A stretch of DNA of 64,000 bases from Kudoa neothunni. Lineage: Eukaryota > Animalia > Cnidaria. The stretch spans positions 3,882,490 through 3,946,489 of the forward strand of contig OZ199840.1 of assembly GCA_964304625.1 (NCBI GenBank), read 5' to 3'. Below are positions 54,970 through 64,000 of the stretch, in pieces; the first letter of the stretch is position 1, and every line of letters starts with the position of its first letter. A program made the translations under genes and the position numbers. The notes under the pieces were generated by a model. It ran no database searches. It saw only the letters and a list, made by a program, of their open reading frames with translations, and was not told the origin of the DNA.

Positions 54970-56011
54970 TCAATATTAATAAGTTAAGAATTCAATTATA
55001 TATATATATATATCTATCAACGGTTAAAACTAAAATTTTAACCGGCAAAAATCGTAATATCCCAATAGTTGTAATTGGACTCATTTTAAAACTAATTTAA
55101 AACAGTGATTTTTTGGGAATATTATCATAAAAGTTTGTAACTCTTCTAAGCTCACATTAAAATAGATAATAAGAACAAAATCCTATTAAAGCCAATACTC
55201 AAAAGACTGCTAATATTATCGGAAATAAATAATTCAATTTGAAAATGAAACTACGCTGATTTAATCTGTTTCTGGTGCTCCTATCAATACAAATAAATGT
55301 ATAACAAATACACAATGGATCTCATCTACATACTTAAACCTTTTAATTACTTTTTATCACTTTATATTACTACTATTATCTTCTTCATTACTCCTAAGTT
55401 CCATCGTAACAAGCGGCAACATTATTTTACAATAAAATGACACAATGTGTTATCTATAAAGCACATTTCAAAAGATAAGATGTTTCAGAAAGCTATCGCA
55501 TAGTCATGATTCAAAATAACCTAAGTGTTTACATCCATAAACACATGAGTCCTCGCTCGTTTACTCTAAACAGGTAGGTGTTATTTCTAATGGTTTTCAT
55601 GAGTAGGATAGCATCCGAGCTAACTACACTTAATTATGGTCATAAAAAATTTAATAATCTCTGATTCAATTGATTAAATTTGATAAAAATATGCGTTGTA
55701 ATTGATAAAATCTAAGATTGAAGGTGTGCGGTAGGTGGCAAAATAAATATTTGTATTCCCACAAGAATAGCTTCAACAGAAACTCGCAACAGAAAATCAT
55801 TAAAATTGTATGGTATATTTCTGAGGTTATTCAATACATTTTCAACACCCTACAAACAACAATAGCTTTATCTAACGTAACTGCTAGATAAATCGGCTTA
55901 TAACGAAGATTAATATTGATAAACGATCGTATCTTCTATAATCAACGTAGGCTAGCGCCTAGTATAACAAAATTTTGGTTTTCTTGCGTTAATAGTCGTA
56001 CCAACTCTATT

Positions 56012-57110
56012 ATGACTGGATCCCATTCTACCCAAAGTAGTGACATATTGCTTAAACCAACACAATTATGCTCTCAATTCGAAAAAAAAATGAAAAGGTA
56101 TGATGCCTGTTGTTGGCCCCTGAACGTGCTTATTTGCTCATATAGGAAACTAAAAAATCGTATATCTGCTCAGAACTCTAGAGAAAGACGTAGAAAGCAA
56201 TTGGAAAATCTACAAAAAACAATTAACGAGAAGGATCAATATATAACATTGTTAGAGTGTAAGATCGGTGAACTCGAGGTTGTAAATGGCGCCCTTTTAA
56301 AGATTGTGGCTCCAACAGTCAGTTTGGATGAACTTTGTTCACAAAAACTCACTGGAAATAACAATAATCACAACCTATCGCCCAACACTACTAATAATAT
56401 CAGTTCTGCGAACTACGGCTGTGGTTCGTTAAATTACTCCAACCTAGTATCAGGAGTTTCTCCATGTAATTTAGAAGCGATTACAGGCGTATCCAAGAAT
56501 TGGATAACATGGGAGATGGTCTTGATGCTAAACATGTTGGGTTTTTTAACATCTGCAGTCAACCACTTCGCAGCACTGACTACGATGACAACTGTTTTAA
56601 ATCATCAAATACTGATCTATTGGAAACATTTAGAGAACTTTCGACTTCCAGATTATCCGCTAACCGTGGAAACCATATTGAAGTACCAACAGATAGATTA
56701 TTAATCTCTTGTGATTAATAATCTGTAAATAGGTACAAATGGAAGCCCTTCAAACGGAAATCGTCGAATCCAGCGTCTCCTCAACCAATATCAAAGATTC
56801 TCCAGAACAAGCCGATAACAACATTGGCTCCACAGCAATATTGGGCTCATGCGGAGAAATATCAAAAGATGTCCCATCCACTAACACCATTACTAATCTT
56901 AGCTCTATTCTACCACGTTTGCAACTCATATCCAATGAATCAGCCAACAACGAATGTTTTACCCGATCATCCTCCAATTGTTCAACCACATCGTTAGATC
57001 GTTTTCTCAGTGAATTGGGCTTTCCTAACCTAGACTCTAATGTTAATAACTTTTCCAATGGCGACGAACTATTTCACGAACTTTGCCCCTCCTACTTATT
57101 CAACCAGTAG
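56012..57110 (+). CDS. XBP1: X-box binding protein 1 bZIP factor; spliced-form frame stops at 57110, unspliced-form frame at 56997
   Basis: EKKMKR|KLKNRISAQNSRERRRK plus leucine zipper (intron 56098-56145). A second frame, joined by intron 56683-56732, ends DELFHELCPSYLF, resembling the XBP1s ELFP.L terminus. The unspliced frame has an HR2-like hydrophobic stretch WITWEMVLMLNMLGFLTSAV. An upstream exon is not excluded. Confidence 0.85.
56419..56474 (+). other. Candidate IRE1-type unconventional intron (56 nt)
   Basis: Hairpin cgaacta-CGG^CTG-tggttcg (56409-56428) and hairpin tgtaatt-TAG^AAGC-gattaca (56465-56485). Removal (56 = 2 mod 3) joins the bZIP to the XBP1s frame and removes that frame's upstream TAA at 56467. 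Confidence 0.55.
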
Positions 57111-57988
57111 ACTTTTGAGTTTAGGTTCAACAGTCATTTTCATACTTTTCTGACTTCATTCATTTTCAGCGTGGAATATTTGCGTACCAAATATTATTAA
57201 CATATGTTGGCGTTATTTTTTACACTTTTGATTTATATTACTTATATAACTGCAATAGATTTGTATGTAAATTTGCTGTAACCTAAGTTTTTATAGTCGG
57301 GGGTGCATTAATCTATTTAAAATCGAGTTTAGGGTTACTTCTTTAAGTTTCTTCGTATTTTGTTGTCGTCTAGTTGTCATTAGAAACTAAGTAAAATTTT
57401 TATTTTTTATTGTTATTTTTCCTCTAATTTAAGTGGGCAATAATCGAAATGTGAACAACAAAGTCATTTATCTGAATATGACAAGATATTATCATAATAG
57501 ATTTTGTGGAAAATTTGAATTAAATAATTTGGGCTTAAATAAATTCATATTTACTTTCAAGGTTTATACTAGTTTAGCTACGGCAGAAGCCACTTGAGAC
57601 GTAAATTCTGGTCCCAAAAGGTATGTACGCTTACATTATGACAATTTTTAATCCCATCTCTTCGCTCTTAGAGGCCAGAAATAATTAAAAATAATCAAAA
57701 TTAATGACACTTGAACATAATTTACCGTGCAAATAGCCACTTTAAGTAGTATTATTATTATTGGGCTATATCATCAAAAGATAAACAAGGCATTAAAGAA
57801 AGATACTGACTACAATTTTATAAAAAATTGTTAAATACTTATTTCTAAAATAGTTTTAAGAATTTCTGCCTAATTCTTATTGATTTAATAGCCTTGAATA
57901 ATATAATTCCTTAGAAGTCCTGGAGTAAGTCACAAACCCGTAATGCAAAAATTGTCCATATCAAATTTTGATGCCACTTAATTCGCTC

Positions 57989-58005
57989 CCGGTTGAGAAA
58001 CCCTG
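57989..58005. mobile_element. Solo hAT-type terminal repeat
   Basis: rc CAGGGTTTCTCAACCGG followed by NNNTANNN (ctctaggg). Partner end not found. A similar solo end terminates at 16972. Confidence 0.35.
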
Positions 58006-58030
58006 CTCTAGGGTATCAAAAAATGAACTA

Positions 58031-58309
58031 CCTCCAAAGATTTTGGGGTGTAATTGACCCCAGAGTTTTTTGAGTAAATTTAAACAAAAAATTGTAATGA
58101 ATTTATTCGAAAAACATTATATGGTTCGACACATTACATTCAGATAAAAGTGTCATTACTCACATTACTAATCCTCATCAAACCTTATACGGCATAAGTC
58201 ATCAGTTAACAATTCTTCGATAAGGGACAAAAGTAAAAAAAACAATAAAAGTATATATGGTAGGATTAAAACTTGTCTGGGGTGAATTTCACCTCAAAAT
58301 CATAGCGGG
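58031..58309. mobile_element. piggyBac-derived MITE
   Basis: Inverted ends GATTTTGGGGTGTAATTGACCCCAGA and rc GATTTTGAGGTGAAATTCACCCCAGA. Right end GGG|TTAA. Resembles the terminus at 52806. Confidence 0.7.
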
Positions 58310-59108
58310 TTAATTCATTTGATACATATGATTTGTTATATGTGACTTATTCGCTTGAAATCCTAAGAAATATCACTCAACTTATTCGGCTGTGTAGTTC
58401 TGATTGGTGTGACCTGTTCCATTAATAATGTGTGCATCGCAGAGGGCAGCACAACACCTCTGACCATATTTTTCGGCGGTAGTATGGGAATTAATCCAAC
58501 TTAACATCCTCGTGTGAGAGGAAACGACCATTATTCAAAAACAAACCCCATTCAAATTAATTGTTTCTATGAGACTAAAAGAATCTTAATTAGCATTCAC
58601 TTAATATAGATTGAACAAATAGATTATTGAGATACTTTTCTCCTAAATCGAGACTTTTAAAGTATCATATTGAGGATTAAATGCGTTGAGACACAAGGTC
58701 AAAGTAATGCCTGAGATTTCGTACATTATAACTGAACCTTGTTATAATAAATAACTTAATTAAATTATTTAAATTTAGATACTAATTTTTAAAGTTAGTT
58801 AGCTCTAAAACAGCGAATATTTCTTAAGATTGAAGAAAATGAGTTCGAGATCAGGTAATGGGATGGGATGGGATTAGGCATCCAAAAACCCCATCGTTGC
58901 GCTTCGTTTTCCACCAATACTTTTTTGATTGTTTTTAATAAAATAAAATTATATTGATAGCAAGCATTCAGTTAATTATGATAACATCAAATTTCGCTAC
59001 CGAATCCCGAATACAACACCGTCAGCATGCGTGAAATCTTCGTAACATTCTCACAAATCAATAAAACCCGCATTATTTTTCATATATTATCTTCTAAGTT
59101 AATTAGAT

Positions 59109-59225
59109 TGTAACGCGGCAGCGACAAGCTATAGAAAACACGGTTCAACAAAACTAACCACGCCACCGACGACGAACCTCGACCATAACATAAAGGTGAT
59201 GATTAATTATATTAGGTTCACTACA
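59109..59225 (-). repeat. 3' LTR (117 bp)
   Basis: Identical to 63158-63274 by eye. Confidence 0.97.
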
Positions 59226-59228
59226 TTA

Positions 59229-59239
59229 CTCCCCCTTTT
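59229..59239 (-). other. Polypurine tract
   Basis: AAAAGGGGGAG 3 nt before the 3' LTR. Confidence 0.9.
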
Positions 59240-59250
59240 AGAATAATGGA

Positions 59251-62091
59251 TTATACTTCGAAATCATCAAGGTATAGCGGCCTTTTCTTGTTTCTCGTAG
59301 GTCTATTGTTTTGTTTAGTGTTCGGATTGGTATTTGACTCATCGATGGTATATGTTGGCAAGACGTCATTTTCATGGACGGACTGAATTTTATTGGTGTG
59401 GTTTTCAACAAAACAAACAGGGCCTTTTGCCTTTATTACCTTATATGGTCCTTCATATTTTGGGGCAAGTGAAGTGATTTTCCTATTCTTTATGTAGACA
59501 TGACTTCCTATTTTCTGTTTTCCATTGACATTTTTGCGGTTGTAGTAATAAGACTGTTTCGTTTGTGCCTCTTCTATATTCTCTTTTGCTTTGTTTAATG
59601 CGCTTCTCATTGCATTCGAGAGTTTCTCAGCGTAAACATGAGGGTTTGTAACAGCATTGTTTAGATTGTAGGATATTGTACTAGTAGGTGTAACTAATTC
59701 TCTACCATACATTAAATACGCGGGGCTATAACCCGTAGTTGCTGACGGCGTTATTCTAGTAGCCAGAAGGGCTTTATCTAAACTTTGGTCCCATTCTGCG
59801 TTGTTTTCCAGAATGAGAGCTTTAAGTTTAGTTTTTATGTTACGTACTTGACGCTCTGCCATGCCATTTCCTTCCGGGTGATAGGCCGTCGACCGCGACT
59901 TTTGAACACCAAAAAGTCTACAGACATCACCGAATAATACTGATTCAAACTGAACTCCTTGATCCGAATGTAGATATTTCGGGCAACCGTGGCGCGATAT
60001 TATCAATTCAAAGAAAGCATCCGCGGTTTCTTTAGCTGTGATTGTTGATAAGGCTTTTGCTTCCACCCATTTAGTAAATTGATCTATAAATAGAATTACA
60101 AACCTATTACCGTTTGATGTAGTTTCCATTGGTCCCATAAAATCTACGTGCCATCTTACACAAGGACCTAGCACGGGGATCGGCATTAGTGGTGCTTTTA
60201 CTTTATGAGTATTTCCTTTCACTTTCAGGCATATATCACACTTTTTTATCATAGATGTAACATCGTCTTCTAGCGTTGGCCAATAAAAATTTCTCCGTAA
60301 TACTTGTACTGTCTTCGTTATTCCTGAGTGTGCACATTCCTCATGTACTTTTTTAACGATCATTCTTCTCATTCGCCATGGAACAACAGGTAATTTACCA
60401 AAACGTGAGGCGTGACAAAGTAATCCATCCACCATTTCCAATTTGTCTCTTCTATCATACAATTTCTTCAGTTCGGAGTTTCCAGATAATTTTGTCGATT
60501 CCGTCGGATTCCTCTTGGCATTTTTAGCGACTTGTATGCATTTATCCTCGTTTTGTGCTGTCCTTAATTGATCGTAGGTAGCATATGTTCCCATACTGAG
60601 CACGCTTCTGGACAGGGCATCCGCAATGTTGTTTTGACATCCAGGTTTATACATAATTTCATAACAATAGTCTTCCATTTCCATCAACCAACGAGCGCGT
60701 CTCCCTCTTGGATCTTTCATGCTCCTCAAATAGACCAGGGGATTGTGATCTGTCAATATGAAGAATTTTTTCCCAATCAAGTAATGTCGAAATTTTCGTA
60801 CAGCGTTTACGATCGCCAATGCCTCTCTGTCTGTCACACTATAGTTCTTTTGGCTGCAATTTAACTTTTTACTTGTATAGGCAATGACATCTTTTCTCTC
60901 CGGGCTCTGATAAAGCACTGCTCCAACAGCTGTATTTGATGCATCACATTCAAGATAGAATGGAATGTCCGGATTCGGATATGCTAAAGTAGGTGACTCC
61001 TTTACAGCCTCCTTCAATATGCGGAACATTTTCCTTTCGTCGTCATCCCATTTGAATAGTACCTTCGATGACATCATATCCGTAAAATGTGATGAGAGCT
61101 TAGCCAATCCTTTAATGTGTCTATGCATAAAGTTTAAAGCGCCAAGAAAAGCTTGCAAGTCATCTTTGGATTTTGGTTCTTTCCAGTCCAATATACTTTT
61201 TACTCTATCAGGGTCATTCCGAATACCATCCTTGGAGATAATGAATCCCAAATAAGCCAGCTCGTTTTTGCAGAATTTGGATTTTTCGTTGTTAATTTTC
61301 AAATTTGCCGTGTCCAGCCTCTCCAATACTATATCAACGTGGTCCATATGTTCAGATTTTGACTTTGAGAATATCACAATATCGTCAAGGTATGCTATAG
61401 CAAAGGGCAAATCGCTAAGTAGTCTGTCCATTATTCTTTGGAATGTGGCTGGACCATTACACAATCCGAAGGGCATTTTGAGAAATTCGTAAAGTCCACG
61501 ACCATGACTAAATGCAGTTTTCTCAACATCCTCCGGTGCCATCGGTATTTGCCAATAGCCGGATTGCAAGTCCAGAGTTGAGAAAAAATTTGCACCCCCA
61601 AGTGAATCCAATACTTCTTCAAGAATTGGCAGTGGATATTCATCTTTTACGGTCACATCGTTCAATTTCCTGTAATCGACGCACAGACGTAGATCACCGC
61701 TCTTCTTCTCCACTATCACAACTGGAGATGACCAAGCACTTTTTGATCGTTGTATCACTCCCAACGATAGCATCCTGTCTATTTCTTTGTCTACCGCATT
61801 CCTGTAGTGTATGGGAACTCTATAGGGTCTAGATGAAATTGGTTCGTGACCGTCGGTTACAATCCTATGGATAGCGTATTCTCCGACTGAGCAATCACCA
61901 GCTCTTTCCACAGACCGAACCATATTAACACCTTTGATATCTCGGGATTTTACCAGTGACTGTAATGGATATTTTATTGTATTGACCGACTGGCTCCTTG
62001 GCGGGATATTGTTCCAATGACCATCAGATAATTTCGTATCAATAATGATATTACAAATGTTCGAACAAAAAATCTCTCCCAATAATAGCAT
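59251..62091 (-). CDS. pol: Pol: reverse transcriptase, RNase H, integrase
   Basis: LCVDYRKLN, MPFGLCNGPATFQ, YLDD, CDAS, TDHNPL, HHCC finger, WHVDF/HSDQG/GMAER. Confidence 0.97.
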   Translation of the reverse strand: MLLLGEIFCSNICNIIIDTKLSDGHWNNIPPRSQSVNTIKYPLQSLVKSRDIKGVNMVRSVERAGDCSVGEYAIHRIVTDGHEPISSRPYRVPIHYRNAVDKEIDRMLSLGVIQRSKSAWSSPVVIVEKKSGDLRLCVDYRKLNDVTVKDEYPLPILEEVLDSLGGANFFSTLDLQSGYWQIPMAPEDVEKTAFSHGRGLYEFLKMPFGLCNGPATFQRIMDRLLSDLPFAIAYLDDIVIFSKSKSEHMDHVDIVLERLDTANLKINNEKSKFCKNELAYLGFIISKDGIRNDPDRVKSILDWKEPKSKDDLQAFLGALNFMHRHIKGLAKLSSHFTDMMSSKVLFKWDDDERKMFRILKEAVKESPTLAYPNPDIPFYLECDASNTAVGAVLYQSPERKDVIAYTSKKLNCSQKNYSVTDREALAIVNAVRKFRHYLIGKKFFILTDHNPLVYLRSMKDPRGRRARWLMEMEDYCYEIMYKPGCQNNIADALSRSVLSMGTYATYDQLRTAQNEDKCIQVAKNAKRNPTESTKLSGNSELKKLYDRRDKLEMVDGLLCHASRFGKLPVVPWRMRRMIVKKVHEECAHSGITKTVQVLRRNFYWPTLEDDVTSMIKKCDICLKVKGNTHKVKAPLMPIPVLGPCVRWHVDFMGPMETTSNGNRFVILFIDQFTKWVEAKALSTITAKETADAFFELIISRHGCPKYLHSDQGVQFESVLFGDVCRLFGVQKSRSTAYHPEGNGMAERQVRNIKTKLKALILENNAEWDQSLDKALLATRITPSATTGYSPAYLMYGRELVTPTSTISYNLNNAVTNPHVYAEKLSNAMRSALNKAKENIEEAQTKQSYYYNRKNVNGKQKIGSHVYIKNRKITSLAPKYEGPYKVIKAKGPVCFVENHTNKIQSVHENDVLPTYTIDESNTNPNTKQNNRPTRNKKRPLYLDDFEV

Positions 62092-62447
62092 CGTATATCA
62101 GATTGTTAACAATAAATGCTTTGCAATCTACCCAAACTCTACCAATATGCACTTGAATTGTGATAAAATGCGATATTTCAATCTTGTCGCCACGCGCAGA
62201 GAAAAGACACATATAAGGACACTCCACTACATTCATACTATTATTGATAAGTTTTCCATTAATGAGGGTATGCGACGATCCTGTATCCACCAAGCCACTA
62301 AATGAATTTTCGGATCCTGGGCAAGCACAAGACACAATTAATCCCTGGGGCGTGCCTTCGTTTCGAATATTAGTAGTCATGGCAATACTCTCTAATTTCG
62401 GTGAATTCGGGAGCGAGGCTCGAGAGTAGGCCTGCCCCCTTTTTCGT
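62051..62447 (-). CDS. Aspartic protease frame (-1 relative to gag)
   Basis: LVDTGSS and IIGRDFL. Frame is open from the slippery site to TAA at 62051. Confidence 0.9.
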
Positions 62448-63132
62448 TTCCCGACCGACTATAGCATTTTTTTGCCATGTGCCCAACCTTTTGGCATATG
62501 TTACAGCGTATGAGGCCCTTACATTCGTGGCCAAAATGGTATCTACTACCACATTTATAACATTCCTGTTTGTTGGGTGGTCGAGTAGGATAAATTGGTT
62601 GTTTCACAGCATTTATGTATGGGGTCGTATCGGTTGCGTCTGTCGGATTTGCGTCAAGATACGCTTGGGCTTTCTCCACGAGTACCGCCATGTTTCCGGT
62701 GGATTCACTGTTCAATATGGGTTGGTACATTTTTGGCACTGTCTCAACAATTTTTGGTTTCAGGAAGAATATTATATCTTCCGCCGTCGCATTCGGTCTA
62801 GCCGCTTTTAGGCGAAGCAAAATTCGATTGGCAAATTCTTGGATTCTCTCTCCTGACTTTATTTTGTCGTTCAAGAAAATCGTCCACTGGTTTTGTATAC
62901 TTGTGACACTTGCATAATATCCCTTTATCCTCCTCGTCAACGCTTCTACGGGACCCAATTCGAGTTTCTCTTGATCGGACGGCTTTAACATTGGACGTTG
63001 GTGGATAGGTATTGCTAGTAGCAGGAACGCGTAATGTTGTTCCGTCGTGTGGTTTTTTATGAGGGATCTTGCCTCCAATTCCTCAAGTTGCACGTCGATC
63101 GGCATATCAAAATTAATTTCCTTGATTTTCAT
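62392..63132 (-). CDS. gag: Gag with two CCHC zinc knuckles
   Basis: CYKCGSRYHFGHEC and CNICQKVGHMAKKC. First ATG at 63132. Confidence 0.93.
   Translation of the reverse strand: MKIKEINFDMPIDVQLEELEARSLIKNHTTEQHYAFLLLAIPIHQRPMLKPSDQEKLELGPVEALTRRIKGYYASVTSIQNQWTIFLNDKIKSGERIQEFANRILLRLKAARPNATAEDIIFFLKPKIVETVPKMYQPILNSESTGNMAVLVEKAQAYLDANPTDATDTTPYINAVKQPIYPTRPPNKQECYKCGSRYHFGHECKGLIRCNICQKVGHMAKKCYSRSGNEKGGRPTLEPRSRIHRN
62446..62452 (-). other. -1 ribosomal frameshift heptamer G GGA AAC
   Basis: Correct X XXY YYZ phase in gag, followed after ~6 nt by GC stem GGGGGCAGGC...GCCTCGCTCCC. Confidence 0.85.
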
Positions 63133-63142
63133 TTTCACTTGG

Positions 63143-63155
63143 ACCTCTGACACCA
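63143..63155 (-). other. Primer binding site, probably tRNA-Leu
   Basis: TGGTGTCAGAGGT 2 nt after the 5' LTR, close to the complement of animal tRNA-Leu 3' ends (TGGTGTCAGAAGT). Confidence 0.75.
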
Positions 63156-63157
63156 AA

Positions 63158-63274
63158 TGTAACGCGGCAGCGACAAGCTATAGAAAACACGGTTCAACAA
63201 AACTAACCACGCCACCGACGACGAACCTCGACCATAACATAAAGGTGATGATTAATTATATTAGGTTCACTACA
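63158..63274 (-). repeat. 5' LTR (117 bp)
   Basis: Identical to 59109-59225. Confidence 0.97.
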
Positions 63275-64000
63275 TAGATGTTTTAAAATGTTTTATATTT
63301 ATACTTTGTATCTAAAATGATACGTTCCAACCATTAAAATAAGCTTTGTACGTCTTACTGTAAATTATTTTCTCTATTATTTTTGTTATATATCGACTAT
63401 AAACTTGGTAACGATAAAAGATAATTGAATAATACCTTTATTAGTTTTTATATTTTTTTGGTAAATTTTTTTGGATTATAAAAAAAGTTATGATCATTTT
63501 ATCATCAAGTAATATTTCATGAATCAGTTATTAAGAGGACTAATTAAACGAAATAAAAAAGTGCAACACATACATAATTTTAGTAATATATAGTTACATA
63601 ATTGCAATTTATTTGGATGATTTTTTCATAAATGTTGTTCATAAAATTTTTTATCCTCATAAATGTTTTCGCAGGGAGCTATTATATTTTCTACTTCATA
63701 ATGTATGTAATCAATATACATGTACCTCTGTGTCTAATTTGAGGGCTTATTGCATTTTTCAAAACTAAATTTTCCTAATCCCATACGAAGGAGGACAATT
63801 TGCGCTAGTATACAACATATGTAGATATACACCGTTTAAAGTTTAAACTAATCCCAAGTATTTATAGGATTTTGTCAGTCTCGAAAATACTCGATTATCG
63901 CATTTTTAAATCCTAGTCTTCAACACCAATAATGTCTAATCTCAATCTCCCTGACGAACCGAACTATAATTGCGAGTACATCAAACACAATAGCAACTGC

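Larger units (their letters stand above)
59109..63274 (-). mobile_element. Full-length Ty3/Gypsy LTR retrotransposon (4,166 bp)
   Basis: Identical TG..CA LTRs, 5-bp TSD TAGAT (59104-59108 and 63275-63279), PBS, PPT, and gag-PR-RT-RH-IN order. Confidence 0.98.

Noticed and set aside
56556-56578. A 23-nt IRE1 intron CTG^CAG…CTG^ACT with typical animal length and the right frame
   Set aside because: The 3' site lacks the +3 G, neither site sits in a credible hairpin, and it lies after most of the HR2-like segment. Not strictly excluded.
56750-57058. 102-aa antisense ORF over XBP1
   Set aside because: Likely a by-product of dual-frame constraint and strand composition; no motif.
60568-63277. 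Plus-strand ORFs inside the retroelement
   Set aside because: Antisense shadows of gag and pol with no independent motifs.
63916-64000. Open frame MSNLNLPDEPNYNC at the window edge
   Set aside because: Too short to support a call; may be an exon of the next gene.
1-64000. CRISPR arrays, rRNA/tRNA genes, prokaryotic operons
   Set aside because: None seen. The DNA is intron-containing eukaryotic sequence, and the 50-bp repeat at 37697 is a simple duplication without spacers.

Overview
AT-rich eukaryotic nuclear DNA with short (about 37-60 nt) GT-AG introns, strongly diverged animal-type genes and many transposon fossils. The gene content suggests a reduced, fast-evolving animal, possibly a myxozoan cnidarian parasite (inference). 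Genes in order: USP5/13 (minus, runs off the left edge), PMVK, a 5x MANEC-domain membrane protein, an orphan ORF, CTDNEP1, cyclin L lacking its RS tail, a myristoylated TLDc protein, a stand-alone FolD, a frameshift-riddled filamin-like gene, a roughly 1,800-aa Cys-rich FN3-repeat surface protein, and XBP1. Mobile elements: piggyBac, hAT, pogo/Tigger, MULE, two Merlin elements (one with three spliceosomal introns), a Helitron remnant, and a young Ty3/Gypsy element with identical 117-bp LTRs. The most interesting signal is at XBP1. About 470 nt are dual-coding, and the frame switch is best explained by an unusually long 56-nt IRE1-type intron with yeast-like loops. Its 3' junction is also a canonical AG acceptor for a frame-equivalent 47-nt spliceosomal intron. 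All gene models were read by eye.
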